Source of the DNA: the human T2T-CHM13v2.0 reference genome, Homo sapiens
DNA: 64,000 nt
Strand: one strand, 5' to 3'
NCBI RefSeq assembly: GCF_009914755.1
Contig: NC_060931.1
Under the pieces are notes generated by a model. That model worked only from the letters and a program-made list of their open reading frames with translations, did no database searches and was not told the origin of the DNA. Made by a program: the position numbers and the translations under genes. Shown piece by piece: positions 15,556 through 28,879 of the stretch; the stretch's first letter is position 1; every line of letters starts with the position of its first letter.

Positions 15556-16309
15556 AGGAAAACAGTCCTAACTATTAAAAATACCAATTAACTACTTAAT
15601 AACACATCTTTCAGTGTCTTGCATAATAATTTCTTAGATATTTTGCAAAATTCGGCATGGTTAAGGGATTTTGTAATGGTTAAATAATTTTATTAGTTGT
15701 TTGAAATTGACTGTCTTTGTTTTCCTATCTGTGTGCTGAGATTTATCTCAATTATATGTGTGAATAATGTTATGCATGGGGTTACTTTTAATATGGATTT
15801 AACTGAGATTCTAGACTATATTCTTTGTAAATATGAACATTAGAAACTTGTTCAATTGTGGGTCGTCATTAATTCAAGTCAGGAAGGCTCACCCTTTGTC
15901 CTCACACCATCTCTTAAGAAGATAAGTCCTGTGGATAAGCTGGAGAGGTCAGATGTTGGTGTTGACTTAAAGCATTGCCACCCGAGGAGGGCAGAATGCT
16001 GTAAAACAAAGCAGAAGGAACTGTGTGGAGAGAAGGTGAATGACTGGGGGACTTGAAGTTGAAAGAAAAGTCAGGCGCTGAGCCTGCAAGGGCAAAATGA
16101 GGCTTGTGGGATAAGAATGGTTTGTCAGAAGTCACCTGTTTGCTCAGAAGTCATCTTTCCCTAACAAGGGTCTGTTTGGTATGTTCCTGTATTACAATTT
16201 ATAATAACTGTTTTTTTACCTGCTGAGGGTAAGATCTTTAAAGTGACATCTTACCAGCTATTATTCTTAGCTCTTGCTTATGCAAATCTCAATTTGAAAA
16301 ATAACCTTT

Positions 16310-16775
16310 TAAAGTTTTTTTTTTAAATAATGAGAACATATTCAGAATGACAATGTGATGAACACCTGTGTACCCACCAATTGGTTTAAGAAATATAATT
16401 TCTTGTTAACCTTGAAGTTCTCTAAGTCTTCTCCTTACTCCCACCTCAGAGGTAAATTCCACTCTTTAAATTCTGCTTTTTTGGGGTCTCTTTTTAAATA
16501 GTGTTAACATATTTTTCATATGTGTAGTTTTGTATGTTTTACAACCATATATAAATCGAGTCACTCACAATGTATGTACAATATGTTCTTCAGCAATTTG
16601 CCTCTCTCACTCAGTATCATGTATCTGGTCTCATCTATATTGCTCTATGTATCTTTAGTTCTTTCATTTTTATTTGACATTCCATTGATGAATATACCAC
16701 AATTTATATATCTGTTCTGATGATGAACATTTGGGGTTTTGTTTTGTTTTCCTAAAAACAGTGCTGCTACTGAAC
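16310..16775 (-). mobile_element. Old LINE-1 3' fragment (L1ME-like)
   Basis: 'tccattgatgaatataccacaatttatatatctgttctgatgatgaacatttgggg...gtgctgctactgaacatt'. The element appears to resume at ~17815. Confidence 0.65.
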
Positions 16776-16824
16776 ATTAGTAGGCAGAAGAAAAAACAAA
16801 ACACCTTGATCTGTGTCTCACACT

Positions 16825-17810
16825 TTATGCAAAAATTGCCCAAAATGAAAGGACTAGTCCCTAGAATAAGTACTTGCAAAACTCAGCAGTAAAAAACAAA
16901 AAACAAAAAAACATAAAACCAAATTAGAAAATGGGCAAAAGACATGAAGAGACATTTCACTGAAGAGGATATACATATGGCAAATAAGCACATGAATAAG
17001 TGTCATTAGCCATAATGCAAATTAAAACCATAATGATAGGTCTCTACAAACCTGTATCAGAATAGCTAAAATAAATAGTAATAACACCAAATGCTGGTAA
17101 GGATGAAGAGAATCTGGATCACTTATTGATGATAGGAATGTAAAATGGTACAATTACTCTGGAAAATAGACAGTTTCTGAAAAGCTGAATATGCAGTTAC
17201 TATACGACTCAGCAATTACACTTTGGGCATTTATCCCAGAGAAATTGAAGACGTATATGTGCATAAAACTGAGTATTTATAGCAATTTTATTCATAATAG
17301 ACCCAAACTGGATACACACCAAATATCCTTCAACAGGTGAATGGTTAAATCTATGGTATATCTATATCATGGAATAATACTCAGCAAGAAGAAGTAACAA
17401 ACTGTTGATATATACAACAACCTGGATGAATCTCCAGAGAATTATGCTGAGTGAAAAGAGCCAATCCCTAAAGGTAACGTACTGTATGACTTCATTTATG
17501 TAGCATTCTTGAAATGACCAAACTATACACAAAAAATAGAGAAATCATTGGTCGCCGGTGGGTAAGGATGGGGTGAAAGTTAGAGGCAAGTGTGTGTGGC
17601 TATAGAAGGATAACACTGGGGATTCTGGTGGTTATGGAGATGTTCTGTATCTGGTCTGTGTGAATGAAATATCCTGGTTGTGGTATTGAACTATAGTTTT
17701 GCAAGATGTTGCCATTGTGGTAAACCAGGTAGAAGCTACATGGGATATTTCCATATAATTTCTCCAATCTGCCTGTGAATCTAGAATTATCTGAAAAAGT
17801 TCAATTAAAA
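16825..17810 (+). mobile_element. LINE-1 3' portion (L1MD/L1MC-like) inserted into the older minus-strand L1
   Basis: ORF2 C-terminal relics ('aaatgggcaaaagacatgaagagacatttcac', 'aatgtaaaatggtacaattactctggaaaa') and a 3'UTR ending 'gtgaatctagaattatctgaaaaagttcaattaaaa'. Confidence 0.8.
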
Positions 17811-19588
17811 GACAACATGATGCTGTTACAAACATCCTTGTACATGTCTCCTGGTGCACATATGTGAGCTTTCCTCTAGATTTTATTTCCAGGAGGAATT
17901 ACAGGCTATGCACATGTTAACTTTAGTAAATCATGGCAAATTTTTTTCCCAAGTGGTATATGAAAATTCTATCCTTTTCATATTATACTCTATCCTTTTT
18001 AAGGATATTGTACTTCAAGGATATTATACTCTATCCTTTTTAACATGTAATACTGTGAGACTTAAATTTTTATCAGTCTGTTGGTTAGAAAATGGTATCT
18101 TGTGTTTTTAATTTACATTTTCTTGTTTATAATGGAATTGGACATTTTTATTTATGTTTAATAGTCATATGTGGTTTTTTTGCTCAGTAAAATCACTATT
18201 GATCTCTTTTCCCTGCTGTATTGTCTGTCATTTAAAAAGTTGATTCTAAGGGGATCTAGTTACAAATTTTGTTGCATTTTAATGACTTATGTTTTTCTTT
18301 TTATCTGTTAATGAAGAGACATTTTGATGTGACAGTTTTAAAATATATAAAACTTTTCCTTAACTTTCATATTTCAGTCTGATTTAAAAAGTCCCTTCTT
18401 GGAGATCAGAAAGTCATCTTCCTATAGCATCTTCTTATAGCTCTATGGTTAACTTTGGTTATAGTGTGGTATAGCGATCCGATTTTAATTTTTTTTTGTA
18501 GGGATAACCTATTTTCTTAGTACTATTTTGGATTAATTCATCTTCTTTTCTTCACGTATCTTCCAAGCTTACTCTTACATATATAGTATCTTTGGTTCTC
18601 CTACTTTATGAGGCTATTTTTCTCTCTCTTAGCCAATGTCATAAAGCTCATTATATTACCATCCTTTAAAACCATCTCAACCTTCCTTTGTTCTCTGCTT
18701 TTCTATATAATGAAGCATCAGTTGATCTTATGCCAAATAAATAAAAAATGAATAACAGATGGATAATCACTCAAACCTACCCACTCTGATGTGATTTTTG
18801 TTGAAATTTTATTGAACATATAGATTAATTTAGGGGAGAATTGCTATATTTACAATATTTAGTCTTCTTCAGAAATATATTTCTGTCCATTTGCTTAGGT
18901 TTCCTTAATACATTTTTGTAAAATTGCCATGCATTTTTCATAAAAATCACATTTCTGCTTTTGTCAGATTTATTCTTAGAGTGCTTTTTTGTTTTATTAT
19001 TATAGTAAATATTTTTAAAGTTGTATTTTCTGTTTGTTGCCAGCATAGAAACATGTAGCTGATACTTGTAGCAACCATCTTGATAAAATATTTACTTCCC
19101 ATAATTCATCTTTAGATTCTTTTGAATTTTCTAAGTACGTAATTATAACCTCTGTGAATAGTGAGTTTTGTTTCATTCAAATCCTTGTGGTTTCATTTTA
19201 TCTTTTGGTCTTACTGCATGGTCTAGGACCTCTAGTATGTTGAAGAGAAGTGTCAAAGAAAACATCTTTTCCCCACTTTTGATTGTAAAAAGAATGCTTA
19301 TAATGTTTGCAATTGTGAACTACTACATACAATACATTTTGTTTTTTTGGGTTGCTCCTGGTTGGCTAAAGGCTTATTGTAGAAACATAATAGGCATAGA
19401 GTGTTGTTAGAATTGGTATAAGATTTGATTTTAATAGAATTCACCTGTAAAAATTATCTTGGCCTCGTGTTTCTTTAGTGGGTAGCTTTTATGTACCGAA
19501 TGAATTTGTTGATAATTGCAGACTAGCCTATTGTGTCAGTTTGGTAAGATATTTTTCTAGGTGATTGCTCATTCAAAAAATATTCTAG

Positions 19589-19911
19589 GGCCGCGCGCGG
19601 TGGCTCACACCTATAATCCCAGCACATTGGGAGGCTAAGGCAGGCAGATCACAAGGTCAGGAGATTGAGACCAGCCTGACCAACATGGTGAAACCCTGTT
19701 TCTACTAAAAATACAAAAAAAAAAAATTAGCTGGGCATGGTGGCATGCACCTGTAGTCCCAGCTACTCAGGAGGCTGAGGCAGGAGATTCACTTGAACCC
19801 AGGAGGCGGAGGTTGTGGTGAGCTGAGATTGCGCCACTGCACTCCAGCCTGGGTGACAGAGTGAGACTCCATCTCAAAACAAAACAAAACAAAAACAAAC
19901 AAACAAACAAA
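19589..19911 (+). mobile_element. AluS, full length with (CAAAA/CAAA)n tail
   Basis: Canonical Alu dimer. Confidence 0.92.
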
Positions 19912-20371
19912 TCTAAGTTTATAGACAGAGTTTTTTTTTTTTTTAAATGATATCTTCTTACCATTTTTTAATCTCTGGGATTTTCATTATGTTCTGCTCC
20001 TCCCCCCCATGGCAATATTGTTTATTTATTGCTTTACTATTTATTTTCTTAGTGTTTTCAAAAGACCAGTTTTAGGATGTATTGTTCCTCTTTTGCATTT
20101 TATTTTCTGTTTCATCATTTCTTGCTCTTACCTTAATTATTTCCTTTTTCATTTTCTTTGGAGTTTATTTTGTTAGTTTCATTTTGACTTTTTAAGTTGG
20201 TTGTTTGTCCTTGGATCATCATTTTTAAGCTTTTAAAAATTCTAATATGTTCATTAATAATGCCCTGTATTTCCCTTTAAATGCTATTGAGCAGCTTCCA
20301 AATTTTAATTTGTATTATTTCCATTCGTTTGTCATTTTGCACATTTTTCTCTTTTCAAAAAATTAAAAAAA

Positions 20372-20530
20372 TTTTTTCTAGAGGCAGGGTCTCACTCTGT
20401 CACCCAGGCTGGAGTGCAGTGGTGTGACCACAGACAGCTCACTGCAGCCTCGACCTCCTAGTCTCAAGTGATCTTCCTGCCTTGGCCTCCTGAGTAGCTG
20501 GGACTACAGGCATGTGCCACCACACCTGCC
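20372..20530 (-). mobile_element. Alu monomer (AluJ right arm/FRAM)
   Basis: gaggcagggtctcactctgtcacccaggctggagtgcagtgg ... gccaccacacctgcc. Confidence 0.85.
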
Positions 20531-22026
20531 CCACACGTTTTTCATCGTCAATACTTCTTTGTTGAGTTATTTTTAAATGTTTTAAGATTTCCAAAAATTG
20601 AGTTTTTTTGTGTGTTATCTTTTTGATGAAGATTTTTAATTTAATGTCCTGTGGTCAGAGAGGGTGGTACAAATGATAGAAATTCCTGAAATGTGTTGAG
20701 ACTTGATTCATGGCCTTTTCTCAAAGAAAAGCATATCAGTCTTAACTGACCTCCACTTATATGACTTTGCATATTGACCAGCATTTCCAACTTTTCTATA
20801 AATCCTTGGATGTTGACAGCATCTAGTTTATTCTCTGATGAGCAGACTTTCTTTGGCTGCTCCAGCAGAGTGCTGCTGAAGTGTCAAGCTGTTTGCTCCT
20901 AAATGTATGTACTTGTTTATTATAATTGCATGATTTAATTAAAATATGAATTAAGAGGTTGTACTTAAACATGAATAAAGAGGGAGTACTTACAGCTACG
21001 AAACTTTGTTAAATGCTTTAGAAATAATCTATATAGTTTAATTGCTAAAATAAAAAAGGAGCTGTCAATTTAGGTGTGGGTGAGATGACTTAGGATCTAG
21101 GAATCAGTGGTAGATTGATTTGTAAATATCTTTAAATTCTCATTTGCTTTAAAACAGTTGGAGGTTGTGTACAATGTATTATATGTTGGACTTACATAAG
21201 AAAGACTTAGAACTCCATCAGGTGTCCCTAACTGCAAATAAAGGCCTCAGCTGAAAACCTTCCTGGGGGAAGGTTAAAGCAAGTAACAGGTTGGAAGCTG
21301 GGAGAAAGTCAGGATTTAGGGTGTTGGGCACTTGTGTAGAGTAATTTTTTTATTTCCTCATGAACTGGTTGTTCAAAAATTTTTCTTTTTTTTTTTTTTT
21401 TTTTAGTTGATAGTAACACTTGCAGACCTGTTGTACCATGTGGTTGAACTAAGCAGAACAGGGGCACTAGAATTAAACAACAACAACAACAACAACAAAA
21501 AACTACAGAGGAATTACAGTTGCCATAGGCAGCAATGAAACTAGAACTAACCAACTGCAGTTTTTTGTTGTAGGCAAATCCACAAATCTTAGAACTTAAA
21601 AAAAATACTTTTTTTTAGTGTTTTACGAGATGAACTCTGAATTATAGAATATCTCACCATTAATATGCACCTTCAGCATAGAAACAGTTAAAGAAAATAA
21701 ACTTACCTGAAACTATTGTATTCCCTGTGCATTGTCTTCACATCCTTTTTCTGAGTACCTGAGACAAAGTGAACTACAAGTAGGATAAGAACTGAAAAGT
21801 TTTCACCAGATTTATGAATACAGTTTCATCAATGATCTTGGTGAATAGTAGTAGCAGAAGAGTTGACCATAGACCTTATAGCTAGCTGTTAGAATAGCTA
21901 ATTTAATGAATTTTTTCCCAAATCTGAAACTCAAAGCTACTGATAACCAAAGCTAGTTCCCTGATAAGTAACTTAGGGAAGTGCACTCTTATTTCAATAA
22001 TTAATGCTTCCATGAAATTATATAAA

Positions 22027-22135
22027 CATTCATGCATTCCGACAATATCTGAATATTTCTGTGTGCTAGGTGCTGTGCTGGGTGTTGGGTATGCCATTAT
22101 GAACAATACAAAGAAGAGCTCTGTTTTCATTCAAA
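22027..22135 (-). mobile_element. L2 3' end fragment
   Basis: 'cattcatgcattccgacaatatctgaatatttctgtgtgctaggtgctgtgctggg'. Confidence 0.6.
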
Positions 22136-23187
22136 TGAGGATAAAGTTTTTCAATAGCAATTATTTTTAAAAATGAAAATAAAGATCCACAAATTTCCAG
22201 AAAAAAATGACCTAAAAGTCATAGTTTTACCATTGAATGTAATATCCTTCCTGTAATCCATGAATCAGAGTATGTAAAGAGATGTAAAAGATGTAAGAAA
22301 GAGTTTTGAGTTTTAATTTGGGAAAAGAAGTATAAGACAGTAGTAGCAGTCATATAAAATAGAATAGCATCAAACATTTAAAAAATAGTATCGTGATAGC
22401 ATAGAGCAAAATTTACATTTTAACCATTTACTAAACTTTGGTGAAAACTATCACTTAAAAAATCCTTAATTACAAGGAGATAGTATAAAACATAGTTTGT
22501 TGCTGTTGTATATTTGTTTTTAAGTATCTCAGACAAATCGAATAATTTTTTAAATTAGAAACTAATATATGTCAGGCATATGGCTACAGTTAAAATTTTT
22601 TTTGAAAATGAAATTATGGATGCAGAAAGCAAACAAGCTGTGGCAGAAAAGGATGGATCTAAATATGAAGAGGAGGAGGAGATAAGAGCAATCCAGCCGC
22701 AAAAATTACTCATGCCATAGGTAGTTTTAGATGCCCTAGAAATAGTTCTATGTTGTATTGAATAACAGCTTGAATCAGGATTCGATATTATTACAACATG
22801 GGAAGGAACAATGCCAAGAAAAATTGTATTTATTCTTATAACTTCAAAGTGATACAGGAGCTCGAAAGAAATTTAGGCAGTTAGTGAGGCTAAGAGAGTC
22901 CTTGGCAAGGTTTCCTTTTAAATAAAAAGCAGCCCCCAAATCATTTCTTTTCTAACAAAAGAGCAGCCTGAAAGATCGAGCTGCAGACATAGATAAGCAA
23001 GCTGGAAGCTTGCACAGGTGAATGCTGGTAGCTGTGCCAATAGTAAAGGGCCACTTGGAAGCCAGGTATGTTCAACATGGAGGCTCCACCTTCCCTTTTC
23101 TTTGTCACCACGTGCACAGTAAAGAGGCAGGCAACATGGTGCTGGCCAGGTAGCAAACCCATCTGCCTAGTAAAAGATTAGGGTGGA

Positions 23188-23907
<720 letters not shown>

Positions 23908-26900
23908 TAAAACTCCACTCTTAAACTCACTCCTTGTGTGTCCTCGTCCTTCAGTTTCTTTGGCGTGAGACGATAACCTCAGGTATTTACCTCAGACAAC
24001 TCTGCTACTTCAGAAGTATTTACTTTATTAAATGAATATGATTTATTGTTTTGAAGTAAAATGTTTAAGGTATGCATGTATTTTTTATGATTTCCCACTT
24101 TAACTGATTTTTTTATTAAATGAAGAAATGGTCTCAATCACATTGGCTAACATGGCCTCTATTTATTTAATTCATCTGTTTTTCCCACTTTGGGGCATCA
24201 ACAGCATGGAGTATTTGGAAAACTACTTGTATTTGTAAAGAGTAAAATGCAGTTTAACAAAGAAGTTAGTTTGTCATTGTATAGTTCAGGAACTCTGGCC
24301 TGGATGAGAGCATGAGTTTGAAATTTTGTCCTCAAGATTTTGTTTTTATCTTACCATCACCTTTTATGCTTAAGTTTATGATTGGCCATAATTATCAAAT
24401 TGACACATTATGTCATGTGAAAATCTGTTTACCAAACTTTTCTATTAATAAACTTGATGTTTAATTGTAATATTAAGAGTCACAGAGTGCTGTAGATTCT
24501 GTTTGTCATAGTTGTGTAGCTTTTAGAGTTTAGGGAAATCTAGTTTTTAGAATTGACACAATGATTTTTAATTTTAGCAGTGTGTTGAATAACCTGTGAT
24601 ATACCATTCACTTATTAACTTCACATTGTTGTATAATAAGTTATAAATTTTAGATCAGATAAGAAAGTAAAACTGGTATTAATTTGGGAAGAAGAAATTG
24701 CAGAACTTGAGTGATTTTTCCAAATAATGTGTCAGCTGTAACTTGAATGTGTTATTTTTATCCCCAAGGGTATTTTGAAATATACTTATGTGAATTTCTT
24801 ATAGTTTATTTTAACCATAAAACTATTTTGATATTTTTATAATGCCATCGATGATACTGTATGCATAGTGAGGGCATGGGTTGTCTGTTCTTACCACCAT
24901 ATTCCCAGCACTAGCATGGAACAAATGAATAAGAACGGAGTAAAAATGCATAATCTAAACTTGACTATGTGTGTCTTCAAAATAATACCTTTAAGTTATT
25001 TTGAAGGAAAAAACTATGTATCCAACAAATTCAAACAGATACTTACAAAATTAAGACGATTGTAAATGTGTGTTGTCCTCCTTCTCATTGTTTTTCACAT
25101 CCAAAAATGTCCTCTTGGAGCCTCTTATCTGAGTAGCTTCTGTGGATCTGATGATGCTAGGATTTTATTTTTTCTTTTATTTTAAAGTTCTTCTGATTAC
25201 ATCATCTCTTTGTATAGACATCATTCTTGACAGATGGCATTTATTAAATATGGACAGTAGCAGGCAGTTAAAAAGACCTGCATGAGATAGGCAGGAACCT
25301 TTCTTTTTTCTTTCTGACTCTCAGAAGCAATACCAGCATTAGCTTTATTTAACTTCTAGATTAATTTAAAAAGAAACCTCTTTAAATTATGACTCAACAG
25401 GTACAGGGTGAAGTGGGGGAAATGTATGTGTGTTTTAAAGCTTCCCAAGTGATTTTGACGATCAGTTAAGTTTAGAAACCACTGATTACAATTAATTTCC
25501 TTAGAATTTGCTCATATATTTAATTCCAAAGAGGAAGAAAATTGAAATTTTAAAAAACATATGAGTATTTTTGGAGATGACATAACTTTCCTTTTATTGT
25601 GTTAAAAAAAGCTTTAAGAACTGTTTTTTTTCTGCATTTTTATTAATTATCAAGATTTAGTGATGGTTTAGAGAGCTAAAAACACCTTTAGGGTGAATTC
25701 AGAAGATCTAGCAGATACAATGATGAAATATGATCAGCAAGCTTTAGGAGAGGATAACAAATGTGTGATTTTGAAATCTCTTCTATTTGAAACCAATCCA
25801 GAGTCTTGAATTTGATCCAGTATATAGTATGCTACAAATGGAAAGATTAAACTGGAGCAATATAATTAGGGTAAGCCATTGCATCTGCACTTGTATCGCA
25901 GCAACTGAATTTGAAACCAGCTGCAAAATGGTGACTAATCTCTCTGGCAAGCCCACATGAGAGTGTAGTACAATAAGCCAGCTTCAGCCTCATGAGCACA
26001 TGTTTCTTCAACTTGCCTCTGAGCAGGTGATGGTGATGATGCAATCTGATTATACTTTTGAATGTATTCTAACCACAGTCAACAGTAGAGTCTCACAAGG
26101 GATTTCACAAAAGACTTCAAACCGACTGTATATTTTTCAGAGAGTTGAGCTATAGACAGCCATGGAAAGTAGTAGTTTTTTTTTTCACGTTAGTGACTAC
26201 TGTACTTTGCAGTACTTTATAATCTTAAGTTTAGGAGGCTTTAGTTTTCATATGTGAACTGAAGATGAGAAGAATAATGTGGAAAGAAAGTACTTGTACT
26301 TGGAGCTTTTATTCTGAATTGTTCACAACAACTTACACTGATCAATTAAAATAATTAAATTGTCTAGACTATTTAATTCTGTACAAACAAGAGATGGTAA
26401 ATCAGTGTACTGTGTTTAAGTGGTACACTAACCTTTCCATATTCAGAGAAGTACCTCCCTGGGTCTTGAACATTAAAGGTGTTTAATAAGTACTCAGTTT
26501 GACTTGGACTTGAGCCTTTATTTTTGAAGGGAATAAAGTTTCTTCTTCCAGTGTACCTCAGAGGGACTTGGTAAGCATGAATAAAGCCATCTGTTTGAAA
26601 ATGTATGTCATTTTTGGAAAAGTGCTACAGAACCTAAAATACAGTCACAAGTATTATTTCAAATGTATAGTTCAGAAGTAGAATACTTAGAAATTGCTTG
26701 TTAATCTTAATTGTAAATAGCTAAAAAAAATATAGCTTGCAATAAAGGACACAAGAGCATTAAAATATAAAAGTCACAAACTATACATCTCTGAGAATAA
26801 AGGGGGAAATGGGATGTAAAAACCCTAGGCTGGTGGCACTCACAGTTGGTATACAGCAGAATGACTTTGGCTGCTTGTCAGAAGCGAATAACCCTGGGCC

Positions 26901-27345
26901 TCTTCCCCATCACTTCTGATTTTATAGGTTTGGAGTGTGTCCCAGGCATCTGTGTTTTTAATCATTTCCCCCCCTAACTTACTCTCCCCATCTAAACTTG
27001 AGAAACACCCAGACTACTGTAGTATTATGGTACTATAGACTACTGAGTATTAGTACAGTACTATAGTGCTGACTAGTAAGCTTCCTAATTGCCAAACAAA
27101 AGAAAAATTTTCACTGTCATCAAAAGAAATAAACTTTCTTCATGGTAATTATAAAAAGACTTTTTGAGAAAAAAAAGCATCTTCAATAGTGATTTTGTAG
27201 AAGAAGCCAATTTGTTTTTTTGTGTATTTTTATTTAAACATTTTTATTAAAACAAGGGGCATTTTACTGAAGAATTAAGAGCCTTCAGTGAAGGCTAAGT
27301 GCAGGTGTGCTGCCTTCTAGTAATCCAGACTAGGTGGTTAGTATG

Positions 27346-27810
27346 AGTTATGGGTTGAATTCTGTCCCCCCAAAAAGGTATATTTAAGACTTCACCCCCA
27401 GTACCTATGAATGTGACCTTATTTTGAAATATAATCTGTTTGCAGATGGAATCAAGTTAAGATGAGGTCATACTCATTGGAGTGGGCCCTCCTCCTTCAC
27501 TGACTGATGTCCTTATAAGAAGAGGGAAATTTGGACACAGGGAGACACAGAGGAGAAATGGCCATGTGAGAGAGGCAGAGATCGAAATGATGCCACCACA
27601 AGCCAAGGGACACCAAGGATTGCAAGAAACCACCAGAGCTAGGAAGAGGCAAGGAAGGATTCTGCCCTAGAGACTTCAGAGAGAGCTTAGCCCTACTGAC
27701 AACTTGATTGACGATTTCTAGTCTCCAGAAATGTGACAGAATAAATTTCTGTTGTGTTAAGCCACCACGTTTGTACCATTTTGCTATGGCAGCTTTAGGA
27801 AACTAATACA
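27346..27810 (+). mobile_element. MaLR solo LTR (MLT1C-like)
   Basis: 'gttatgggttgaattctgtcccc...gaatgtgaccttattttgaaat...aataaatttctgttg...ggaaactaataca', flanked by a 5-bp TSD gtatg. Confidence 0.88.
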
Positions 27811-28291
27811 GTATGTGAATCTCTTTTTCTGTCATTTGGATTTTTGACAAGTTTCTTTTCTCACATATTCCATATGTGTGCAGAGGTTCATGAGCTCTGG
27901 ACCTGTCATTGTGGTCAAATTTGAATTCTACTTTAAATGTTAAGGCACCTGCGTGAAAACCACACTACTGCTGCATAATTGTGAGCCGTAGGGGATACTG
28001 CCATTAGGAGCCATTTTTCCTTAAAAGGAAGCTCATGCATTTGAATAAGTAGTAAATGGTGATGGCAGAGTTATGTTTCATAAAATATGGAGGAGACTTT
28101 TGTCATCAGCAGGAACTGTCACTTTTATGATCTTCTACTGGAATGAAAACTCACTTCCACCCCAGGAAAGATCTCTGCAGAGGCAGTGAATCAATCTCTG
28201 TGCTGCCTCTTCCTCCTCCTTGATCTTTTTTGTGATTGTCCATGAGGATTTTGCTACCTGCCCTCTCAGGGATTTTACTGAACTCCCCATC

Positions 28292-28789
28292 TGTGATGGT
28301 TAATACTGAGTGTCAACTTGATTGGATTGAAGGATGCAAAGTATTGATCCTGGGTGTGTCTGTGTGGGTGTTTTCAAAGGAGATTAATATTTGAGTCAGT
28401 GGGTTGGGAAAGGCAGACCCACCCTTAATCTGGATGGGCACTATCTAATCAGCTGCCCGCTTGGCTGGGATATAAAGCAGGCAGGAAAACGTGAAAAGGC
28501 TAGACTGGCTTAGCCTCCTAGCCTACATCTTTTCCCATGCTGGATGCTTCCTGTCCTTGAACATTGGACTGTAAGTTCTTCGGCTTTGGGACTTGGACTG
28601 GCTTCCTTGCTCCTCAGCCTGCAGACGGCCTATTGTGGGTCTTGTGATCATGTGAGTTTAATACTCCTTAATAAACTCTCTCTCTCTCTATATATATATA
28701 TATGTATATATATGTATATCTATATATCTATATAGATATATAGATATATACTATTAGTTCTGTCCCTCCAGTGAACCCTGACTAATATA
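28292..28789 (+). mobile_element. 5' LTR (MLT2A1-type)
   Basis: tgtgatggttaatactgagtgtcaacttgattggattgaagg ... gaaccctgactaata(t)a; TATA gatataaa at ~28470; AATAAA at ~28670; (CT)n(TA)n microsatellite 28676-28750. Confidence 0.92.
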
Positions 28790-28794
28790 GATTT

Positions 28795-28812
28795 TGGTAC
28801 GAGGAGTGGTTC
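28795..28812 (+). promoter_or_regulatory. Primer-binding site (tRNA-Leu type) of HERV-L
   Basis: tggtacgaggagtggttc immediately 3' of the 5' LTR. Confidence 0.7.
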
Positions 28813-28879
28813 TAGAGGAACAGAATATTAAGGATGGAGTTCCTTCGTTGGTTTTGGGGATTCTGGAGTTGGCTGCTTA

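Larger units (their letters stand above)
17815..20720 (-). mobile_element. Old, fragmented LINE-1 (L1M) ORF2 relic, interrupted by two Alus
   Basis: 'atagattaatttaggggagaattgctatatttacaatatttagtcttc', 'ctaggacctctagtatgttgaagagaagtg', 'tgtggtcagaga...tgttgagacttg'. Confidence 0.65.

Noticed and set aside
21707-21758. Minus-strand 52-nt exon-like segment with a perfect cag|gtaagt donor and an open frame (TQKKDVKTMHREYNSF)
   Set aside because: It lies antisense within the decayed Tigger transposase relic and has no partner exons, so it is most likely chance.
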